Origin: an uncultured Candidatus Saccharibacteria bacterium
GTDB taxonomy: Bacteria > Patescibacteriota > Doudnabacteria > UBA920
Direction of reading: 5' to 3'
Length of the DNA: 64,000 bases
Assembly: GCA_964483665.1 (NCBI GenBank)
Contig: CAZACP010000001.1
Span: 70,358 to 134,357, forward strand
Part shown: piece by piece, positions 33,613-41,788 of the stretch
How the letters are laid out: each line of letters starts with the position of its first letter
Numbering within the stretch: position 1 is the first letter of the stretch
Notes under the pieces: generated by a model
Seen by the model: only the letters and a program-made list of their open reading frames with translations
Told to the model about the DNA's origin: nothing
Databases searched by the model: none
Position numbers and translations under genes: made by a program

Positions 33613-35370
33613 ATGGACCAAAAAGAACATTTGCAACAAATTAGACACACCTTAGCCCATTTAACTGCCGCAGCGGTAAGGGAACTTTGGCCTGGCAGCA
33701 AAAACGCTATCGGTCCTGCTATAGAGAATGGATTTTATCAAGACTTTGAAATTGCCGGACATATTTTAACAGAAAAAGATTTGCCGAAAATAGAAAAGCA
33801 GATAAAGAAGCTTTTACCTAAATGGACGCATTTTGAAAAAAAAGAAGTTTCCAAGGAAGATGCGTTAAAAGAATTTGCCTGGAATGAATATAAAAGCGAA
33901 CTTATAAATGAATTTGCTGAAGAAGGAAAAAAACTTACCTTTCATAACTCCCCTGGCTTTATTGACCTGTGTAAGGGCGGGCACGTAGAGAATCCTTCTA
34001 AAGAAATTAAGCCAGATGCTTTTAAGTTAACTAAAGTTGCGGGCGCTTATTGGCGGGGCGATGAAAAAAACAAAATGTTAACCCGTATTTATGGCCTGGC
34101 ATTTGAAACTAAAGAAGAATTAGAAAGTTATTTAAAAATGCTGGAAGAAGCCGAAAAGAGAGACCATAAAAAATTGGGCGTGGCTTTGGATTTGTTTGTT
34201 TTTTCTGAGTTGGTAGGGCCGGGATTGCCCCTTTGGACGCCTAAAGGCACATTACTTAGGAATTTATTGGACGATTACGTATGGAGTTTAAGAAAGCCTT
34301 TGGGTTATGAAAAGGTAGAAATTCCCCATATTACCAAAAAAGAACTTTACGAGAAAAGCGGGCATTGGGAAAAATTTAAAAACGAATTGTTTAATATAAA
34401 AACGCGCGAAGGCCATACTTTTGCCATGAAGCCTATGAATTGCCCGCATCATACGCAAATTTACGCGCGCAAGCAGTTTAGTTACAGAGAGTTGCCGCAA
34501 AGATATGCAAACAGCACAACTTGTTATCGTGACGAACAAACAGGTGAGCTTTCCGGCCTTTCGCGAGTGCGCGCGTTTACGCAGGACGACGCCCATGTTT
34601 TTTGCCGCTTTAGCCAGGTCAAAAGCGAACTTGCCGCTGTTTGGGACAAAGTTGTTGAGCCGTTTTATAAATCTTTTGGCTTTAATTTAAAACTGCGCTT
34701 GTCTTTGCATGACCCAGGCGCCCTAGAAAAATATTTGGGCGGGGCGGAGAAATGGCAAGAGGCGGAAAATATTTTAAGGGAACTGGCAAAAGAAAGGCAA
34801 ACTGAATTTTTTGAAGGCGTGGGCGAAGCCGCCTTTTACGGACCCAAGTTAGATTTTTTGGCAACCGATTCTTTAGGTCGGCAGTGGCAGGTGGCAACTA
34901 TTCAGTTGGATATGAACCAGCCGGAGAGGTTTGACTTAACCTGCGTAAACGAAGAAGGACAAAAGGAAAGAATTGTTATGATTCACGCCGCAATAATGGG
35001 GTCTATTGACCGTTTTCTTTCTATTTTAATAGAACACACTGCCGGCAGTTTCCCGCTTTGGCTCTCCCCCACCCAAGTGGCAGTTTTACCTATTAGCGAC
35101 AATCAGAAAGCTTATGCGGAGAAAATTGCTAACGACCTAAAAGCGCAGATTTTAAATTTAAGATTGGAGATTGATGGCAGGGCCGAAAGTATTGGTAAAA
35201 AAATCCGCGAAGCCACCTTACAAAAAATTCCCTACCAAATAATTGTCGGGGAAAAAGAAGTCGCTGCTAATTTAGTTGCGGTTAGAACCAGGGAGGGAAA
35301 AGATTTAGGCCAAATGAGTTTGGAAGAATTTACAACTAAATTGTTAGAAGAAATAAAAAATAAAAAATAA
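33613..35370 (+). CDS. thrS: Threonyl-tRNA synthetase (lacks the N-terminal TGS domain)
   Basis: 585 aa; editing/second-additional domain HTLAHLTAAAVRELWPG...GPAIENGFYQDF, class II motifs (MKPMNCPHH; FRVRAFTQDDAHVF) and a C-terminal anticodon-binding domain. Confidence 0.9.
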   Translation: MDQKEHLQQIRHTLAHLTAAAVRELWPGSKNAIGPAIENGFYQDFEIAGHILTEKDLPKIEKQIKKLLPKWTHFEKKEVSKEDALKEFAWNEYKSELINEFAEEGKKLTFHNSPGFIDLCKGGHVENPSKEIKPDAFKLTKVAGAYWRGDEKNKMLTRIYGLAFETKEELESYLKMLEEAEKRDHKKLGVALDLFVFSELVGPGLPLWTPKGTLLRNLLDDYVWSLRKPLGYEKVEIPHITKKELYEKSGHWEKFKNELFNIKTREGHTFAMKPMNCPHHTQIYARKQFSYRELPQRYANSTTCYRDEQTGELSGLSRVRAFTQDDAHVFCRFSQVKSELAAVWDKVVEPFYKSFGFNLKLRLSLHDPGALEKYLGGAEKWQEAENILRELAKERQTEFFEGVGEAAFYGPKLDFLATDSLGRQWQVATIQLDMNQPERFDLTCVNEEGQKERIVMIHAAIMGSIDRFLSILIEHTAGSFPLWLSPTQVAVLPISDNQKAYAEKIANDLKAQILNLRLEIDGRAESIGKKIREATLQKIPYQIIVGEKEVAANLVAVRTREGKDLGQMSLEEFTTKLLEEIKNKK

Positions 35371-35382
35371 GTTAAAATTTAT

Positions 35383-35426
35383 CCCCCACTTCAGCCCTTG
35401 GGCTGAAGTGGGGTTTTCGGTTTTTC
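35383..35426 (+). terminator. Intrinsic terminator after thrS
   Basis: CCCCACTTCAGCCC-ttg-GGCTGAAGTGGGG followed by TTTTCGGTTTTT. Confidence 0.75.
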
Positions 35427-35573
35427 TGTTTCAGTCGGATCGCGCCACGCATGTGGCGTACTTACTGAACAACAAACAAGTGTGCCCCACTGTGGGTGGG
35501 TGGCAACAATAATTGTGCCTTCACACCCATCAACGGGGCATGGCTGACCCACTCTGAGACCATGTATTTTCAT
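35391..35573 (-). CDS. Hypothetical small Cys-containing protein (60 aa) with strong RBS, in a GC-rich patch just downstream of map
   Basis: AAAGGAGTG-tcc-ATG; MKIHGLRVGQPCPVDGCEGTIIVATHPQWGTLVCCSVSTPHAWRD.... Its 3' end overlaps the thrS terminator hairpin. Confidence 0.35.
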   Translation of the reverse strand: MKIHGLRVGQPCPVDGCEGTIIVATHPQWGTLVCCSVSTPHAWRDPTETEKPKTPLQPKG

Positions 35574-35610
35574 GGACACTCCTTTAATAGGAGAATACAG
35601 CATTTATGAT

Positions 35611-36390
35611 TTATGTCAAAACCCTTGCACCATGTTTAGTTATAGCCACTGTGTGTTCAAAGTGGGCGGAAAGGCCGCTGTCTTTGGTGGAAATTGTCCA
35701 GCCGTCATGTTCAAATATCACAAAGTATTCTCCTTCGCAAAGCATAGGTTCAATAGCAAGCACCATACCTTCTTTAAGTTCTGGTCCAGTCCCCTTTTTA
35801 CCATAACACGGTACAGCCGGGTCTTCGTGCACGTCGTAGCCAACGCCGTGGCCAACTAAATCTCTTACCACAGAAAAACCTGCGTCTTCCGCGGTTTTTT
35901 GTATAATGTGGCTAATATCTCCAATTTTATTTCCATTCATAGCCTGTTTAATTGCTTCGGTCAGGCATTTTTTTGTGGTATCAATCAGCTTTTGCACCTT
36001 TGGAGAAATTGTGCCAACTGCTACAGTTATAGCCGTGTCGGTGTAAAGGCCTTTGTACTCCATGCCAATGTCTAGGCCAATAATATCGCCATTTTTTAAA
36101 ATAACATCCTTAGAAGGTATTCCGTGAACCACTTGGCTATTTACCGAAGTGCAAAGCCCGGCCGGGAAAGGGTTCTTTTTTGGTCCGTAGTTTTTAAAGC
36201 TGGGTCTACCGCCTATTTTATAAATTTCATTTTCCGCAAATTCGTTTAATTCCCAGGTCGAAACACCCGGTTTAACCAGGTTAGCTGTTCTATACAAAAT
36301 ATCGCGAATCAGCTTTCCGCCTTCCGCGATGGTGCTAATTTCTGCTTCGGTTTTAATGAGGCCGTGTTTCATAAATATTGAATCGGTCAC
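35611..36390 (-). CDS. map: Methionine aminopeptidase, type I
   Basis: 259 aa; metal ligands in the conserved D...D...H...E...E pattern (GIPSKDVILKNGDIIGLDIG; HGVGYDVHE; LAIEPM; EHTVAIT). Confidence 0.9.
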   Translation of the reverse strand: MTDSIFMKHGLIKTEAEISTIAEGGKLIRDILYRTANLVKPGVSTWELNEFAENEIYKIGGRPSFKNYGPKKNPFPAGLCTSVNSQVVHGIPSKDVILKNGDIIGLDIGMEYKGLYTDTAITVAVGTISPKVQKLIDTTKKCLTEAIKQAMNGNKIGDISHIIQKTAEDAGFSVVRDLVGHGVGYDVHEDPAVPCYGKKGTGPELKEGMVLAIEPMLCEGEYFVIFEHDGWTISTKDSGLSAHFEHTVAITKHGARVLT

Positions 36391-36453
36391 TGTAATCTTG
36401 TGGTCTGGATCCTTCGGGCTTCGCCCTCAGGATGACGTCAGAGAGGAAAAGTT

Positions 36454-37068
36454 TTAATTAATCCTTTCGTCATAGTCGGAAATTATTTTAACTAATACTT
36501 TTCTAACCTTAGGCACCGGAGCGTTGGAAGATATTTTTTTAAATTTATAAAGAGTTTTAAAATATTTTACCACCTCGGTAATGTTGTTTCGGTAGTATTT
36601 AACCCGGTTTTGCAAAGCTTTTATATCGTCGTCCGCGCGTTTAGAAAATTTGCCCTTAAAATCTTCTTTTCGCTGGGTCATTCTGCGCACGGTTTCAGCC
36701 ATTGGAATGGACATATATACCACAATAGGATTAGTTCTTTTTTCTTCACGCAGCCATTTAGCAACCAACTTAGCTTCCCCTATCATTTTAGGAGTGCCGT
36801 CAAAAAGTATGCCCTTGCTTTTGGGCGTCGCCTTAATTTTTTCCTTTAAAATTTTTCTGACTATTTCGGTGGGCGTTAGTTTTCCCTTGTCGAGAGTTTT
36901 GTCCAGGCCGATTTTTGTTCTTAATTCTGTGTTCTTAATTCGCCTCAGCTCTTTCCCCATATCCAAATCGTACATATTAAAATGCCGGCACAAATAGGCA
37001 GCGTGAGTTGCCTTGCCGGCAGCAGGGTCTCCAAGGAGGATTAAATTTATTGGTTGATTTGTTTTCAT
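36454..37068 (-). CDS. Adenylate-kinase-family nucleoside monophosphate kinase (divergent paralog)
   Basis: 204 aa; P-loop GDPAAGKAT, NMP-binding-like region, LID-less short form. Confidence 0.55.
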   Translation of the reverse strand: MKTNQPINLILLGDPAAGKATHAAYLCRHFNMYDLDMGKELRRIKNTELRTKIGLDKTLDKGKLTPTEIVRKILKEKIKATPKSKGILFDGTPKMIGEAKLVAKWLREEKRTNPIVVYMSIPMAETVRRMTQRKEDFKGKFSKRADDDIKALQNRVKYYRNNITEVVKYFKTLYKFKKISSNAPVPKVRKVLVKIISDYDERIN

Positions 37069-37083
37069 TGTGCATTTAATACC

Positions 37084-37143
37084 CCATATCTACAATATCT
37101 CAATATCGTGAAAAGATATTATTGATATTAGATATTCACAGAT
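37084..37143. repeat. AATATC x3 followed by the inverse GATATT x3, then a CACAGAT, in the spacer between the two kinase genes
   Basis: cATATCtacAATATCtcAATATCgtgaaaaGATATTattGATATTaGATATTCACAGAT. Confidence 0.8.
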
Positions 37144-37148
37144 TACTT

Positions 37149-37721
37149 TTAGATCCCCAAAGATTTATTTATAGAATCAGTTACTTCTTCTACCGTCTTT
37201 AACCCGTCGATTTGTATAAAGCTGGTTTTTTCTTTTAAGAAGTCTATAACCGGCAAGGTGTCTGTATAGTATTGTTTAAGCCTTAATTCTATTTTTTCCG
37301 GCGTGTCGTCTGCCCTGCCCTCTTTTTGAGCGCGCAAAGAAAGGCGTTTTAAAGATTCTTCTTTTGGCACGTCTATAAACAGAGTCGTGAAGTTTGTACG
37401 ACCCTGTTTTTGCAGAAAATTCATTAAAAACTCGGCTTGGTTTATGCGTCTTGGAATGCCGTCAAAAATTACTCCTTTGTTAGTGGAAATTTCCGAAAGC
37501 CTGGAGCTTACTACCTCGTAAAGTTTTTCGTCAGGCAAAAGTATACCTTGGTCCACCATAGCTTTTACCTCTTTGCCTAAAGCTGTGTCTGATTTCGCCA
37601 CCTCGCGTAAAATTCCGCCCATTTCCCAATAAAAAAAGCCAAGACGCTCTGCTAAGACACGCGCTTGCGTGCCTTTGCCGCTGCCTTGGGGACCAATTAA
37701 AAAAATAGTATTTAATGACAT
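37149..37721 (-). CDS. adk: Adenylate kinase (short, LID-less form)
   Basis: Start taken at MSLNTIFLIGPQGSGKGTQ; NMP-binding and CORE regions conserved; about 190 aa. Confidence 0.8.
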   Translation of the reverse strand: MSLNTIFLIGPQGSGKGTQARVLAERLGFFYWEMGGILREVAKSDTALGKEVKAMVDQGILLPDEKLYEVVSSRLSEISTNKGVIFDGIPRRINQAEFLMNFLQKQGRTNFTTLFIDVPKEESLKRLSLRAQKEGRADDTPEKIELRLKQYYTDTLPVIDFLKEKTSFIQIDGLKTVEEVTDSINKSLGI

Positions 37722-37846
37722 CTTATTGTTTATTTTACAATAATTTTGGTTTATTTGCAACAGTGTGATAAAATAAAAAAAAGCGACCGCAAGGTCGTCC
37801 CGAGCAAAGCGAGGGATCTAAACCCATTAAGAAATAAACACCAAAG

Positions 37847-39541
37847 TTGGACTCAAGTCTTTTTTATCAAATCACAGCTGTGCTGGTTTTGGCCGGATTA
37901 ATTTCTATAATAGTCAGCCTGCTAAAACAGCCAAGCATAATCGCCTTTATTATTACCGGATTAATTGTCGGGCCTTTTGGTTATGTCCAGCTTGAGCACA
38001 AAGAAGTTTTGGACGCGCTTGGGCAAATTGGCATTACCCTATTGCTGTTTATGGTTGGGTTGGAGCTCGACTTAAAAAGGGTTAAACAATTGGGTAAGAC
38101 CGCTGTCTATACCGGCGTGGGCCATATGTTAGTTTCGGCTGCGGCCGGCTATTTTTTGTCCAGGTTTTTAGGTTTTAGCAATACTGCCGCCTGGTATATT
38201 GCCGTGGCTTTAACTTTTTCTTCCACAGTTGTGGTAGTAAAACTGCTTAGTGAGAAAAAAGACATGCAAAGCTTGTATGCCCGAATTACGGTGGGTTTTT
38301 TAATAGTGCAGGATTTCGCGGCCTTAATCATTTTGTTATTTTTAGGAGGCTCTTCGGGCAGCAGCGATGTTTTTAGGGCGTTACCCGGCTGGCAGTATTT
38401 ACTCGCGGTTGTTGTTAAGGTTTTAATTATGGTTTTGCTTTTAACCTGGGTCAGTAAAAAAGTCTTTCCTAAATTTTTGAGCCGCTTTGGCCAGTCCGAC
38501 GAACTTTTAATGATTTTTTCGCTGGCTTGGGCTTTGGGCCTTGCGGCCTTTATGTCGCTTCCGGCTGTGGGTTTTTCCCTGGAGGTCGGCGGTTTTGTCG
38601 CGGGTCTTGCTTTGGCTAACAGCCAGGTGCACTACGAAATTTCAGCGCGCATAAAATACTTGCGCGACTTTTTTATTATTCTATTTTTCATTGTTTTCGG
38701 CACCAAACTGGCTTTTGCAGGAATTACGGCCATGCTGTTGCCGGCCGTTATATTTTCAGCCTTTGTAATTATTGTCCAGCCGCTTTTAATGATGCTAATT
38801 ATGGGTTACTTAGGCTATACACCCCGCACTTCTTTTTTTGCAGCCGTTACCACGGCTCAGGTTTCTGAATTTAGTTTTGTCCTGGTTGCGCTAGGAAGCC
38901 GCTTGGGACATATTTCCGACCAGATTTTGGGTCTTGTCACCATGGTTGGCATAATTACCATTGCCGCGTCTTCTTATATGATTTTATACACCAAACCGCT
39001 TTATAGAATTATGCATAATTTTTTAAAGAAGTTTAATTTTAAGCACGGAGCCGCGGAAAAAGGTTTGGGAGACGAGCAATTCAAAAACCATATTATTTTA
39101 GTCGGCGCCAACCGCCTGGGCAGCAGGTTTTTAAAAGAACTAAACAAAGACAAACATAGGCTTTTAATTGTGGATTTTGATCCGCATGTAGTTTTAAATT
39201 ATGAATTGCTGGGTTATTCGGCCATATGCGGCGACGTAGCTGACCCTTACATACAGGAGCAAATAAATTTGCCCGGCGCAAGATTGGTTATTTCCACCGT
39301 GCCTGACTTAGATGATAACTTAACTTTGCTTTCTACAGTCAGCGAATTAAAAAAACGCCCAAAAATGATTTTTGTGGCGCAGAATGATTTTGAAAGCAAA
39401 TATTTGTACGAACAAGGCGTGGACTATGTACTCTCCCCCCACTTTATAGGGGGCTTGCATTTGGCAAAAATTCTGGAAGAAGCTAGCACATTAAACGCGC
39501 TAAAAAAATTGCGCAAAGGGCATTTAGAGGCTATAATTTAA
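37847..39541 (+). CDS. Monovalent cation:proton antiporter-2 (CPA2, KefB/KefC-like) with C-terminal RCK/TrkA-N domain
   Basis: 564 aa; 12-13 TM helices with the sodium/hydrogen exchanger family signature, then the Rossmann GxGxxG-type IILVGANRLGSRFLKEL. Confidence 0.8.
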   Translation: MDSSLFYQITAVLVLAGLISIIVSLLKQPSIIAFIITGLIVGPFGYVQLEHKEVLDALGQIGITLLLFMVGLELDLKRVKQLGKTAVYTGVGHMLVSAAAGYFLSRFLGFSNTAAWYIAVALTFSSTVVVVKLLSEKKDMQSLYARITVGFLIVQDFAALIILLFLGGSSGSSDVFRALPGWQYLLAVVVKVLIMVLLLTWVSKKVFPKFLSRFGQSDELLMIFSLAWALGLAAFMSLPAVGFSLEVGGFVAGLALANSQVHYEISARIKYLRDFFIILFFIVFGTKLAFAGITAMLLPAVIFSAFVIIVQPLLMMLIMGYLGYTPRTSFFAAVTTAQVSEFSFVLVALGSRLGHISDQILGLVTMVGIITIAASSYMILYTKPLYRIMHNFLKKFNFKHGAAEKGLGDEQFKNHIILVGANRLGSRFLKELNKDKHRLLIVDFDPHVVLNYELLGYSAICGDVADPYIQEQINLPGARLVISTVPDLDDNLTLLSTVSELKKRPKMIFVAQNDFESKYLYEQGVDYVLSPHFIGGLHLAKILEEASTLNALKKLRKGHLEAII

Positions 39542-39603
39542 TTAGTTTCTTAAAAAGTGCGGCCGTTACTGACGAGAAACTTTTCAATAATTTAAATTTA
39601 TTT

Positions 39604-40149
39604 ATGCCCAGACGCTATGGGACTTTTTTTAGCTTAATATTTGAGGCTTTGGATTTAGATGTGCCCATAATCCCCTTAGAAAGTCCTTATGAATTTTTAA
39701 AACGAAAAAAGAAAAAAGATCTATTATACAAACGCTACCAGCAAGAAATTTGGAAGATGAGACGAAAAGGATACTTAAATGTAGTTGAAAAAAATAGCAT
39801 TAAATTTATTAAACTTACCGAGAAGGGTCAGTTAGAACAATTGCTTCAAAAAGCAAATGTAAAAAAAGAGAGGAGCTGGGATGGAAAATGGCGAGTATTA
39901 ATTTTTGACATCCCGGAAGATTCCAGACTTAAACGTAACCAATTCCGTTCCTTGTTAAAAAGGAATAATTTTACCAAGCTGCAAGCAAGTGTCTTCGTTA
40001 GTCCTTATGCACTAAATCGGGAAGCCTTGATCTATTTAAAAGAAACCGGATTAATGCGCTATATAAGAATTTTAAAAGTTGAAGAAATTGATGATGACGA
40101 GGATTTAAAAAGAAAATTTGGTTTCTTAAAAACGACGGCCGTTTCTTAA
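39604..40149 (+). CDS. Putative regulator with N-terminal winged-helix-like region and C-terminal Cas2/VapD-like domain (PaaX-family-like)
   Basis: C-terminal WRVLIFDIPEDSRLKRNQFRSLLKRNNFTKLQASVFVS follows the Cas2 pattern hydrophobic-x-[FY]D[IV]...R.R..L...G..[LV]Q.SVF. The N-terminal KGYLNVVEKNSIKFIKLTEKGQ looks wHTH-like. The gene is flanked by hairpins sharing the stem GTTTCTT/AAGAAAC. Confidence 0.45.
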   Translation: MPRRYGTFFSLIFEALDLDVPIIPLESPYEFLKRKKKKDLLYKRYQQEIWKMRRKGYLNVVEKNSIKFIKLTEKGQLEQLLQKANVKKERSWDGKWRVLIFDIPEDSRLKRNQFRSLLKRNNFTKLQASVFVSPYALNREALIYLKETGLMRYIRILKVEEIDDDEDLKRKFGFLKTTAVS

Positions 40150-40195
40150 AAGAAACTATTTGACTCTTAAAACATTTAACAGCTAATATTGTTCT

Positions 40196-41626
40196 ATGCT
40201 TAAACTTTACAATACTCTAACTAAAAAAGTTGAGGAAATAAAAAAACCCGAAGGTCGTAGGCTGAATATGTATTCCTGCGGACCGACTATATATAACTTT
40301 GCGCATATAGGAAATTTACGCAGTTTTATTGTTGCCGATTTATTATACAGAACTTTAAAATACGACGGTTACGAACCGCGTTGGGTTATGAACCTTACTG
40401 ACATTGACGACAAGACTATAAAAGGCACAATTGAAAAGTTTGGCAAAAACGCGGGTGTGAAAGAGTTGTTTAATTTCACTGAGGAGTATAAAAAAGCTTT
40501 TATAGAGGATCTTCGCGAAGTTAATGTGTTAGTAGATGAAATAGAATTCATTCGTGTGACAGACAAAATGCCGCAAATCCAGGAATTTATTTTATTGCTT
40601 TTACAAAAAGGCTACGCTTACAAAGCCGAGGACGGCAGCACTTATTTTAGCATTGAAAAATATCAGCAGGATTTTGGCGATTACGGCCAGTTAGTGGGAG
40701 AAAAGTTTATAGAAGGTAAAAAAGTTGGCGCGCGTGTGGCGGTCGATGAATACGAAAAAGACAATTTAAGCGATTTTGCATTGTGGAAAGCCCATAACCC
40801 AGAAACTGACGGCAATATATATTGGGACCACACAGATTTAGGCAAAGGTAGGCCGGGTTGGCATATTGAATGTTCCGTTATAAACCACGCGGCATTCAAA
40901 GGCGAGCCGACGGACATTCACACCGGCGGCGTAGACTTAATATTCCCCCACCATACTAACGAAATAGCACAATCGCAGGCCTTACTGGGTAAGGGTAATT
41001 TTGTTCACCATTGGTTTCATTCAGAGCATTTATTGGTGGATGGTAAAAAAATGTCAAAGAGCCTTGGAAATTTTTATACACTAGATGACTTAAGATTAAA
41101 ATATTCTAAAAATTTTAAAGTTGGGTCTGTTCTTAGAAATCTTTTTACTGAAGTTCCTTATAACTCGGTTCAGAACTTTACGTTCGATGTTTTTGAATCA
41201 GCAAGTAAAAGTTTGGAGAACCTAGAAAAAAAGGTCGAAGAAAAAGTAATAGAGGATATTGATTCCCAAAATTACAAACAAGATCCCGCCCTGTTAAATA
41301 ATTTAAATGTCTCGATTGCCAGAGCCTCTATTTGGTCAGAGTTGAAAAGTTCCCAGCCTCTAACCAGCATTATCGTAAGTAGTATTGTTGGTACCGCTAC
41401 GGCGATGATCGGATCTGATATTAAATCGAAGATTATTCGTGAAGTGGATTTTAATGAAGATCCCCTACCAGAAAAAGTTGAACAATTACTTGCGGAGCGG
41501 CAGGCAGCTAGGGATATGAAGGATTTTCAAAAGTCAGACGAACTAAGGCTTAAAATAGCTGCTTTGGGCTATGAAGTTAAAGACACGAGCGAGGGTCAGG
41601 AAGTAAAAAAGAAAAAAAGTCTATAA
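40196..41626 (+). CDS. cysS: Cysteinyl-tRNA synthetase
   Basis: HIGH motif CGPTIYNFAHIGN, KMSKS, and the zinc-site Cys in the conserved position; 476 aa. Confidence 0.9.
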   Translation: MLKLYNTLTKKVEEIKKPEGRRLNMYSCGPTIYNFAHIGNLRSFIVADLLYRTLKYDGYEPRWVMNLTDIDDKTIKGTIEKFGKNAGVKELFNFTEEYKKAFIEDLREVNVLVDEIEFIRVTDKMPQIQEFILLLLQKGYAYKAEDGSTYFSIEKYQQDFGDYGQLVGEKFIEGKKVGARVAVDEYEKDNLSDFALWKAHNPETDGNIYWDHTDLGKGRPGWHIECSVINHAAFKGEPTDIHTGGVDLIFPHHTNEIAQSQALLGKGNFVHHWFHSEHLLVDGKKMSKSLGNFYTLDDLRLKYSKNFKVGSVLRNLFTEVPYNSVQNFTFDVFESASKSLENLEKKVEEKVIEDIDSQNYKQDPALLNNLNVSIARASIWSELKSSQPLTSIIVSSIVGTATAMIGSDIKSKIIREVDFNEDPLPEKVEQLLAERQAARDMKDFQKSDELRLKIAALGYEVKDTSEGQEVKKKKSL

Positions 41627-41788
41627 TCCCCTTTTATTCCCCACGTTATACAAAAAAGCCCAAATTTTGGGCTTTTTTAATGGTTTTATCTTATTTGATT
41701 TTTCGGTATAATGAAATAACCTTGACTCCTAATAAACTAAAAGTGCCTTCTGACTAACTACTAACAACTGAAAATTATCAACTTTAAT

